Virus record (IMG/VR): IMGVR_UViG_3300021364_000005
Strand: one strand, 5' to 3'
DNA length: 64,000 nucleotides
Origin: a virus
Lineage: Duplodnaviria; Caudoviricetes
Shown here: piece after piece, positions 1-10,900 of the stretch
Numbering within the stretch: position 1 is the first letter of the stretch
How the letters are laid out: every line of letters begins with the position of its first letter
Notes under the pieces: generated by a model
What the model was told of the DNA's origin: nothing
Seen by the model: the letters and a program-made list of their open reading frames with translations, nothing else
Database searches by the model: none
Made by a program: the position numbers and the translations under genes

Positions 1-1921
1 CAAATCTTGTAACAAAATGTTCTACAGGAGGTCTTTGAAATCCAATTACATCAAATGTTTGGAACACACCATCTACACCATTAGTTGCAATAATACCTCT
101 ATCAAATTCAAAAGCTGTAGTTCTAAAACCTCCTGCACGTAATGCATATGTACCAAAGTTTGTTGCAGAGTTTGTAATAGATAGATAGCCGCCCGATTGA
201 GCATATGATCCATTTTTACAGAAAATTTGGAAGCAACTAACAATTTGCGAATATGCTTCATTCCTTACTCTATAACCAGTTCCGTTAAATGATAGAATAG
301 TAAATGCATTACCTACCATTGATGGGTTTTGTACTGGAGCATCACCTGCTACTGGATTTTCAGATTCAATTTGATTTGCAGGTGTGTTAGGACTGAATAT
401 CTTGGCACCATCAACATCGCATCCATTGCCACCCAAGAAAGAAATGATAGAACAGTTTTGCACATATGGCGATACTGTAATAAGTGGTTTTTGTATTGGT
501 AAGTCTGGATATTCGTGTCTACTTAATGTAAAATCTTCTACATCATCAAATGCAACAGCAAACGCATAAGTTCCGATAGGAACACCACTTGAATTTAGTT
601 TATCTCTAAATGTAAATCCGCTCATATATGTAGCATTACGCAAACGGAAAATATCTTTTTGTAAATTTTGAGGGCGTATAACTACTGCACGTAAGGCATC
701 TCCCATAATACAAACGTTATCAGGAATTATAATTGGATTGTCTTCCAAATATTCACCTGTACCAATTTTAATTGTAATTAGATTTACATTGTATTCACCG
801 TATACGGTTGTACTAGCTTGTCCTACTCCTAAGTTTAGAATTGTTATTGTTTCGTCCCACAGATCGTCATGTGCTGTTTTTGAACTTGCGCCGTCGTCGT
901 ACGAATTATCAGTTACTTGTGTTACTGTGCTTTGGAAAGGAGCATTTGTGTTACCGTCTTGATCATCAGTTAGTGCTATATTCCTAATAATATCGCCAGC
1001 AATATGTTTTGCATATTCTAACGCTGCAACAGTTTGAGCTTTTTGGTTATTAATAACTTCTTCAGTTGATGTTGTACCTCTGTAGTAACTTTTACCTGCC
1101 TCGATAGATTTTGCATTTCCGCCATATTTTAAATCATAAATTACAGCTTCAACAATATAACCTGTGTCTCTTTCACAAGTTGTACTATCATATGTAAAAT
1201 TTTCCCAAATACTTCCTGTAGTTGCATTAGTAATTTGGTAATCAATATATGCAATAACTTCTTTTTGTATAAATGTTTTGTTTAAAGTTAAAAGTTGTAT
1301 AACATCATTTTTTGTATCTGTAACTGCTGTTTTTGGAACATAAACATTTTCACTAGCAATTAGTGCAGCTTTCTTAATTGTTGCAACTGGTTTTAAAAAT
1401 CCATCGTTGGTATCATCGCCTAAGACACTATCTACATAAATCATGTTTGATGTTATACCAGGATTATTAAATGACAAGTTTCCACTACCGTCAGTTGTTA
1501 GAACTTGTCCTGCACTACCTGCGTTAGGAGGCAATTTAAAATTGTATGTGCTAGTGATACTATCTGGTACAGTAATTACAACACCATTGGTTCCGTTGGC
1601 GCTACCTTCCCTAATTGTTATAGTATTATTATCTTCAACAACTACAGGAACTTTTATATTCATTGCTGCTGCTGTTACCTCAGCAACGTTAGAACCATCT
1701 GCTTCAAATACAACTATTCCGTTAGCACCGCTTTCGTCAATGCTAACACTTGTATCTCCATCATGGATTTGTTTTGTTATTTCTCTTACTGTGCTGTCGG
1801 ACTTTTTCATAAACAACTTGCCATCGGCTGTGTTTAATGCTAATTGTCCTTCGTCCATTTGTGCAGCAGTAGGTGCTCTACCTGCAACGCTAGAACGTAA
1901 ATGTTTTATCTTACTTGCCAT
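1..1921 (-). CDS. Partial virion structural/fibre protein (runs off the left edge): Mtd_N-like fibre N-terminus plus pectin-lyase-like beta-helix region
   Basis: Not in the ORF track because there is no stop in the window. My translation from ATG 1921 begins MASKIKHLRSSVAGRAPTAAQMDEGQLALNTADGKLFMKK, the typical fibre N-terminal motif. It later has IYVDSVLGDDTNDG and SPYVQNCS, as in phage beta-helix structural proteins. The frame at the window edge agrees with this start; SD-like AGGA and an upstream TAAATA box are present. Confidence 0.8.
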   Translation of the reverse strand, partial: MASKIKHLRSSVAGRAPTAAQMDEGQLALNTADGKLFMKKSDSTVREITKQIHDGDTSVSIDESGANGIVVFEADGSNVAEVTAAAMNIKVPVVVEDNNTITIREGSANGTNGVVITVPDSITSTYNFKLPPNAGSAGQVLTTDGSGNLSFNNPGITSNMIYVDSVLGDDTNDGFLKPVATIKKAALIASENVYVPKTAVTDTKNDVIQLLTLNKTFIQKEVIAYIDYQITNATTGSIWENFTYDSTTCERDTGYIVEAVIYDLKYGGNAKSIEAGKSYYRGTTSTEEVINNQKAQTVAALEYAKHIAGDIIRNIALTDDQDGNTNAPFQSTVTQVTDNSYDDGASSKTAHDDLWDETITILNLGVGQASTTVYGEYNVNLITIKIGTGEYLEDNPIIIPDNVCIMGDALRAVVIRPQNLQKDIFRLRNATYMSGFTFRDKLNSSGVPIGTYAFAVAFDDVEDFTLSRHEYPDLPIQKPLITVSPYVQNCSIISFLGGNGCDVDGAKIFSPNTPANQIESENPVAGDAPVQNPSMVGNAFTILSFNGTGYRVRNEAYSQIVSCFQIFCKNGSYAQSGGYLSITNSATNFGTYALRAGGFRTTAFEFDRGIIATNGVDGVFQTFDVIGFQRPPVEHFVTRF

Positions 1922-1995
1922 TACAATTTCCTATATAGTGTGGGTCAGGTCCTAAGACGCCCGTTGGTCAAAAGTATTTTATGTATTTACCGCAT

Positions 1996-4900
1996 TTAGA
2001 AAGTACCTTCGTCAATTACGTCTGTCCAAACAGGCGTTCCGTTTGAATCTGTAGTTAAAATCTCGTTTGAAGTTGTAGCATCGCTTGTTCCAGCTGCTGC
2101 TGTTACTTGGACTGCACTTGTTCCATTACCATAAAGTATACCTTTTGCTGTAAATGAACTTACTCCTGTACCGCCGTGTTCAACTGCTAGATCACCGGTT
2201 GTAACAATACTGTTTACTGTTAAGTCTTGTGCGTATATGTTGTTAAATTCTGCATCACCAGCTGTTCCACTAAACACTTCAGAAGTATTTGTTGAATCTG
2301 GTTTGAATGTAAATCTACCAGTAGACTCGTCAAATCCGAAGAATCCTAATTTCGCTGCTGTTCCGTTATGCCAACGGAACTCAATACCTTTATCCTTAGC
2401 ATCATTTACTGTAGGAGCAGTGTTGCCACCTAGTGTAAACACAGGATCATCAATAGTAACTGTTGTACTATCTACAGTAGTTGTTGTGCCTTGTACAGTT
2501 AAGTTACCTGCAATAGTTACTGTTCCGCCGCTGCCTGCTGTATCAGGATCTATTGTAATTGCACCAGTTGTTGAACCAATTGTACCGCCATTAATATTAA
2601 TATCATCGATATTTGCTTCGCCGGTAACATCTAATGTGCCTACTAGTGTTAAAGTGTTACTTGCAAATGTTAGATTGCTATCATCTACAAGTCTTCCGTC
2701 AACACCTGCAAATGTAATTCTGCTTTGTGTTAAATCTTCAACTTTTGCTTGAGCAAGTGTAGCAAGTCCGTCAACATCTATTGTTGTTGATACTGTAACA
2801 TCTCCTGTAACTGCTAAAGTTGTACCATCAAATGTTAAGTTACCACTATCTTCTATTTCACCAGCTGTGCCTGCTAGTACAACTCTACCTGCTGTTAAGT
2901 CACTTATTTTAGCACTTGACATAGTTGTTGCTGCTAATGTACTTGCACCAGTAACTCCGAATGTTCCTGATATAGCAGCATCGCCTGTTATGTTTGTGCT
3001 GTCTTGTAATTCAATTGTTCCTGCGCCATTTGTTCTTAATTCAAGATCAGTTGCACTTACAGTAGTTTGTATAACGTTTGTATCAATTAAAATATCACCA
3101 ACATCTACTCTATTTGAATATGTAGTATCATTATACATATCCATCATAGTTGATGTGCCTGGCATATGCACCATTATACCGTTATCGTGTGTGCTAACTG
3201 TTGCATAGCCTAAGTAAATTGAACTACCGTTTAGATATAGATCGTTCCAGCGTAAATCGCTTGTTCCTAAATCGTATGTGTTAGTTGCACTAGGAACAAT
3301 GTTACTATCAACTCTACCACCAAATGTAATTGTTTGAGCTGTTGTTGCACCTAAATCAACATTACCATTAATTTGTGTATTACCTGTAATTGTTGCTGCT
3401 GCGTCAACTGTTAACAAAGAACTTGCAAAAGTTAATTGTGCGCTATCTTCGATAGTACCGCCTGTTCCAGCTAGTACTACTCTGCCAGCTGTTAGATTTG
3501 TAATATCTATGCCTGGGAATGTTGCACTTGATCCTGCACTTACTTGTGGTACAGTAAGAGTAGTTCCATCAAATGTAAAGTTTGCACTATCAGTAAGAGA
3601 ACCATTTGTGCCAGCAAATGTTACTCTACCTGCTGTTAGATCTGAAACAGTTGCACTTGCAAGAGTTGCTTCACCGGTTACACCTAATGTTCCGCCAACT
3701 GCTGTGTTTCCGTTTGCACTTGTAACTGTAAATGCGTTTGACCCTACAACAAATGTTGTTCCATCGTAGGTTAAGTTTGCACTTCCTTCAAGCTCACCAT
3801 TAGTACCAGGTACAACAATTTGATTGCTTGTTAGGTCTTCAACATTTAAACTTGCTAAGGTTGCTTGTCCATTAACATCAAATGTGCCGCTTACAGTAGC
3901 ATCTCCAGTTATATTTGTACTGTCAATTAATTCAATAGTGCCAGTACCTGCTACTGTCAATTCTAAGTTTGCATTACTTGCTGTTGTTCTAATTTGATTT
4001 CCGCTGATTGTTATATCATCTAATTCAATAGTATTTGAACCTAATATAGTACCACCAACTGTTAGCGCACCTGCGATACTAAAGTCGCCTGTTACGCCGC
4101 CTATGTTGATATCATTTCCTGGCTTAAATGAATCTGACTTTGCTTCATATATTAAAACTTGTCCGTCAATAATATTAGTTGTGTCAACATCAACTAAATC
4201 GTTTATTTCAGGTGTTACATTTTCAAATGCTGTACCCAATGTACCTGCAAATGTGTAAGCAGCTCTATCCGGAGTAACATAGTTTGTTGCACCATAACGA
4301 GCAGCAGTTGTAACTCTAAAGTCATCAATGTTACCATTTACATATCCTGCACTGCCATTAGTACCATCATTACCACCGATATTCCAATCCGTAGCAGTAA
4401 GATCTGTTGCATAAGTTGCACTTGTGCTTAGAGTTCCGTTAATATGTCTATAAAGTGTACCATTGTCTCTTGTAAAACTTACGTAATACCATGTGTTCGG
4501 AGTCAATGAAGTAGCAGTCATTATGTTACCTGTAGAGTCTGTAACTGCTAAACTTCCGCTTATTTGAAACTCTGTAGCATCATTTGCAGAGTAAATATAA
4601 CCTTGTACACTGCTATCATGATAGATCCAAAAATCAATAGTAAAGTCACTTGTACCAATTGCTGTTCTAGTTACGCTAAGGTAGTCGTCTGTACCGTCTA
4701 ATAGTAAACTACCTGTACCAAACTTTTTAGTTGCTTGTGTAATTTGTGCATCACCATTTGCAGTAATTGTTCCTGCTACAGTACTTTCGTCTAAGAACGA
4801 TGTGCTGGCTTCTGATCCGTTTGCTGGAATCAATAACAGTGTATTTGCATACTCAACATCACCAAATGATCCACCGTAACGTAGATATTGCCCCGGTTTA

Positions 4901-7900
4901 ATATCAGCAATAGTAACATCACCAATTCCGTCTACACTTGCCGCTGCTAAGTCAGTTGTAAAATCTGCTGTTTTGTATGTTGTTACACTAAATTCACCGC
5001 TTGTACTGTTGTATGATAAATCGCCTGCTGCACTTAATGCAGATCTTGCTCTTGCATCTGTAAAGTATAAATTTGTAGATCCTTCACTTAGTGCATCTGT
5101 ATCATGATTTGAAATATCACTTACTGTTCCTGTTACATTTCCTGTTACATTTCCTACTAAGTTAGTTGCAAGCGACTTGTTCATTGCCCAACGATCGTTT
5201 GTACTATCATATGTAAATGTAGCAGTGCCGTCTGTACCTAGATCAGCAGTAATACCTGCACCATTTGCAGCAGTAGCATCTGCACTGCCGTTTGCAATAG
5301 TAATGTTTATATCGTCAACAACTAGTTCTGTAGAATTTACAGTTGTAGTTGTACCACTAACTGTTAAGTTTCCAGTAACAGTTAAGTTACCTGCTGCACT
5401 AATATTAGTTGCTGTAATATCGTCTGAGTTAAGAGATCCATTTACTGTAACATCATTAAATGTAACATTATCAGTTGTACCTACAGCTTGGCCAATACTT
5501 ATTTCACCATTACTTATAGAAACACCAGTTCCTGCACTTAGATCATTTAAAGTAACAAAATTTGTTACAGTGTTATCAAAACCTATTTCGCCAGTTGTAT
5601 TATTGTAAGTTATACCAGTTGTAGTATCTGCGCTAATTAGTCCTCGTACTTCAGCATCTGTACGTTCTGTAAAGCTAACAATACCAGTATTAGCATCATA
5701 TGCTAGATCACCACCTGCACTAATATGAGCTCTTACTTCTGCTGCACTTGGTCCGGTATATGTAAACGCACCAGTTGCACTGTCGTAAGTCATGCTACCG
5801 TCGCCGCCAGCATCTGTAAGCGATATTGCGCTTCTTGCTCTTGTATTTGTGAAGTAGATGTTAGTTGAGCCTTCAGATAAATCATCACTAGTTTTGTTTC
5901 CAAAATCAGTGTTAAAATCTGCTGTTTTGTATGTTGTTACACTAAATTCGCCTGTTGCTTGTGTATAAGTTAAGTCTCCGCTTGCGCTAAAATGTGCTCT
6001 AACTTCAGTTGAGCTAGGCCCTGTATATGTAAACGCACCAGTTGCACTATCATACGTCATGCTGCCGTCACCACCAGCATCAGTTAAACTAATTGCACTT
6101 CTTACTCTTGTGTCAGTGTAATATAAATTTGTAGAACCTTCTGATAAATCATCTGTTGTATGATTGCTTATGTCTGATACTGTTCCTGTAACATTTCCTG
6201 AAAGTGTAGCATAAACTGTACCAAACTGTGCATCACCTAAATCTCCAGTGAATACTTCTGAAGTATTAGTTGCATTTGGAATAAAGCTAAAACGTCCTGT
6301 GCCTTCATCAAGTCCAAAGAACCCAGTCTTTGCTGCTGTATCCCACCATAAGAATTCAATACCCCTGTCTTTGCCGTCACTTGAACTTAGTCCACTTACT
6401 CCAACTCTTAATACCGGATCTTCAGTTGTTGTAACTGTAGATTCAACAGTTGTTGTAGTACCTTGTACTGTAAGATTACCTGCAACAGTCAATCCGTTGC
6501 TTATAGTTACATCATCAATATATGCATTTGCAAAATATTTTGTTGTGCTACCTAGATCAATTGCACTGTCAGCGTTTGGTACTAGATTACCTAACAGTGT
6601 TGCATTACTGAAATTAACTGTATCGCTTGCGGCATCATTGCCAATCACAACATTACCGTTTAGTGTTGTTACACCACTTACAGTTAGTGTTCCTGTGATA
6701 TCTGTGTTTGTTAAATTACTGTCACCGGTAACATTTAAAACACCGCCTATTGTGGCTTGGCCACTTGTTTCAAACGGGCTACCTACTACACTTACAGAAC
6801 CAGTTCCTGCTGCACGTAGTTCCAAATCAGTGTTTGTATTATATGTTTCGATAATATTATCATCTATGCGTATTTGATCTGTTTCAATAATTGCAGAACT
6901 AATTGTACCACTTGCATTAATGTCTACACCACTTAGTGTTGCATATGTTAAAGTTCCACCTGCTGTAATGTTACCTGTAACAACTAAGTTACGACCAATT
7001 GTTGCATCTTGTGTAACTGTTAAATTATTGCCAATAGTAACATCGTCAGTAAGAGCTACTGTAAATGCATTATCACTTACTGTTACACCTATTTCGTTTG
7101 CTGTTCCGTTTACAGTTAATGTTTCGGTAAGTAAATCAATTGTTGTTGAATTTGTACCGTCAGTAATATCTAATGTCTCTACAAGAGCAGCAGTTGATGC
7201 TGCTGTTACTCTACCATAAACATCAATTGTTAGTACCGGTATTGCAGTTGCACTACCATATGTACCGCTTGGATCAGCGCCTAGTGCGTCTAAAGCAAAT
7301 GTTACTTCGTTGTTTGAAACTGTACTTGCAAGTCCTGTGCCACCTGTAAATGTAAGTGTTTCACCGCCTGCTACTGTATCAGTTGTTGATCCGTCAGTAA
7401 TATCAAAACTTGTTGCAATAGCTTGTGTTGTGACTGCTGTTACACGCCCTTGTGCATCAACTGTAATAACAGGTACTGCTGTATTAGACCCGTATGATGC
7501 TGCTGTAACTCCAGTTGCTGGTAGGCTTAGTACAGGTGTACTTCCTTCACCAGTTCCTCCTGTCACAGTAATATGTCCAGATGTTGCACTAATTGATTCT
7601 ACATAATCGCCTGTAGTATCTGTACCTAGTGTTAGCGATCCTGGATTGAAAACAGTGTTAAATTGTACATCGCCAGTTCCGTCAAAAGTTATGCCGGTTG
7701 CAGTAACATCTCCTACCATACTAAACGTTCTAGCAGTTGCTAATGCAGTTGCAGTATCAGCATTTCCTGTTAAATTACCAGTAACATCTCCTGTTACATT
7801 TCCTGTAAAAGTAGCATCTGTTCCATCAGTGCCGCTTTCTAGTACTTTATTAGTTCCGTCTGCTGCATATATGTCGCCAATGATATTACCAGTTAGATAG

Positions 7901-10900
7901 TTTGTTCCGATACTTAACGACTTATTAAATTCGATACGTTGATTTGCATGGCTCCATGTCATCGACGCATCGCCGTTTGTACCTAAATCAATAGTAAGTC
8001 CTGCACCGTTTGCAGTAGAACTATCTGTTGTTCCTTTAGCAACAGTTATGTTTACATCGTCAACATCTAGTGTTGTGCTGTTAATTGTTGTAGTTGCACC
8101 GTTAACTGTTAAGTTACCTGTAATTACAACATTACCACTTGCTGTAACAGTTGTTGCTGTAATATCATCAGTGTTAAGTGTTCCACTTACATTAACATTA
8201 TTAAATGTAACATCGTCTGTTGTACCAACAGACTGTCCAATTGCTATTGTAGGAGTAGCAGCTTCGCCTGTGTTATTTGTAATTGTTACACCTGTGCCAG
8301 CTACTAATGATTCTACATAATCACCTGTAGTATCTGTTCCTAATTCTAATGCTCCCGGGTTGAAAACTGTAGTAAGCTCTACGTTTCCTGTTCCGTCAAA
8401 TGTTACACCAGTTGCTGTAATATCGCCTGTTAAGCTAAACGTTCTTGCGGTTTCTAGTGCAGTTGCAGTATCTGCATTACCTGTTAAATCACCTGTTACG
8501 TTACCAGTAAATGTTGCAGGAGTTGTTGTACCATCTCCGCCATCAAGTACTTTAGTTGTGCCGTTACTTGCAAATACATCCCCTGTTAAGTTACCAACAA
8601 CGTTACCAACAACGTTACCTGTTACATTACCTGTTACGTTTCCTGTAAGTGCTCCTGTAATTCCGTTAGATGCTGCAAGTGTTGTAAAGGAACCAGCAGC
8701 AGGTGTAGTACCACCTATTATAGTTCCATCTATTGCACCACCATTTATGTCTACAGTTGTGAAAGTACTTGTACCGGTTGAAGTGATATTACCTGTTACA
8801 TTACCTGTTACGTTTCCTGTAACATCACCTGTTAATGCGCCTGTAAATGTAGCGTCAGTGCCATCTGTACCGTTTTGAACAACAATACTTGTTCCGTCGG
8901 CTGCTAATACATCACCTATAAGATTACCTGTTACGTTACCTGTTACGTTACCAGTAGTATTACCTGTTAAGTTACCTTCAAATGTTGCTGCTTTTACGGT
9001 TTGATAAACAGGCGTACCAGCTGTATCTACAAATTCAAACTTGTCGTCAGTTTCATTCCACTGTATAACAACATCAACTAGTGATCCTCTGTTTATTAAT
9101 AATCCTGCATCTTGTGTAGGTGCAGTTCCTGATCCTAAGTTACTGTTTAGTTCTATTATATTGTCTGCCAATTTAATAGTTTCAGTATTAACAGTTGTAG
9201 TTGTGCCGTTGACTGTAAGGTCGCCTGTGATTATGACGTTTCCACTTGCTGTAACTGTTGTTGCTGTTAAATCATCAGTGCTTAATGTTCCACCAACAGT
9301 AACATTGTTAAATTCAACATCGTCTGTAGTACCAACAGCCTGTCCGATTTCTATAGTTGCAGTTGAGCCTTCGCTAGGTGTATGTGTAATTGTAACACCT
9401 GTTCCTGCTGTTAAATCTACAAGATAATTTCCAGTAGTATCCGTTCCAAGTGCTACACTATTTGGTTGAATAGTGGTTGCTAAGTTAAAGTTTGCACTAC
9501 CGTCAAAACTTGCTGTACCTTGAACATCTCCAGTGAGGTTGATGCTTCTAGCTGTTGCCCATTTACTTGCTTCTGATGCAAGTCCTGTAAACACAGCATC
9601 AGTGCCATCTGTACCATTTTCTAATATTTTTGTACCGTCATCTGCATATATGTCGCCTGTAATATCACCTGATATTGTTGCTGTGACTATATTGTTAATT
9701 GCGTCAACAAGTAATGTGCTATCGTCACCAAATACACTACCTTTGAGGTCACCTACTACACTACCAGTTACATTACCGGTTAAGTCTCCAGTTACATTAC
9801 CAGTTACATTACCAGTGACGTTACCTGTTACGTTACCAGTGACACTACCAGTAAATGAAGCATCAGTACCGTCAGTTCCAGCATCAAGAACTGTTGTCCC
9901 AGTAGGTGCTTTTACATCTGCTTTAATAAATGCATCTGTTCCATCAGTACCGTTATCTAGTATAGTTTGTCCGCCACTTGATTTAACATCACCTTGCAAA
10001 TTACCTATAAACAAAGTAGTTGTTAGTTCGTTGCCTAAAGGATTATATGTAAGTCCTGTGTCAGTTTCTATACCTTGAGCACCACTTACACCGTCTACAA
10101 AAGTAAGATATACTGTTTCATTTGTAGCATTGTTTGCAGTAGCAGTTATTTCAGTTGCTAGGCTTGCTGTTCCTGTTAAATCAGCAGTAATTGTGCCAGC
10201 AGCAAAGTTACCGCTTGCATCTCTAAATACTGTTGTGCTGCCTGTATTAGATGCTGTTGCGTCAGAAGTAATTGTATATTGTGTTCCTTCGCCAGCTGTA
10301 CCTGTGATTGTTAAACCATTGCCGCTTACACTAACATCTTGTGCATAGTTTCCTGTTGTATCTGTACCAAGTGCTACACTATCTGGTTGTATTGTAAGTG
10401 CAATATTCCCTACGTCTGCACTTCCGTCAATACTAAATGTGCCGGTTACATCACCACCTGCAAATGTTACTGATCTTGCTGTTGCCCAGTTTGCTGCGGT
10501 TCCGCTAACGTTACCTGTTACATTACCAGTAAGGTTTGCATAAACCATTCCAAATTCTGCATCACCTCTAGTTCCTGTGAAGTTTTCACTAGTATTTGTC
10601 GCATCAGGTATAAAAGTAAATCTGTTAGTTGCGTTATCCCATCCAAAGAATCCAGTTTTAGCAGCTATGCCTGTATGGTAAAGGAATTCACTACCTCTGT
10701 CTTTACCATCGTTAGATGTAAGTGAACTTACACCTAATCTAATAACAGGATCTTCTAAAGTAACAACAGTTGTATCAACAGTTGTAGTAGATCCACTTAC
10801 AGTTAAATTACCTGTAACTGTTAAATCGTTTCCTACAGTTAAGTTTGTATTAACATTTACACTATTAGGTAATCCAATTTTAACTTGATTGTTCGAAACT

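Noticed and set aside
1-1921. Possible diversity-generating retroelement because of the Mtd_N-like N-terminus
   Set aside because: No reverse transcriptase and no TR/VR pair differing at adenines in the window; Mtd_N is only an anchor domain.
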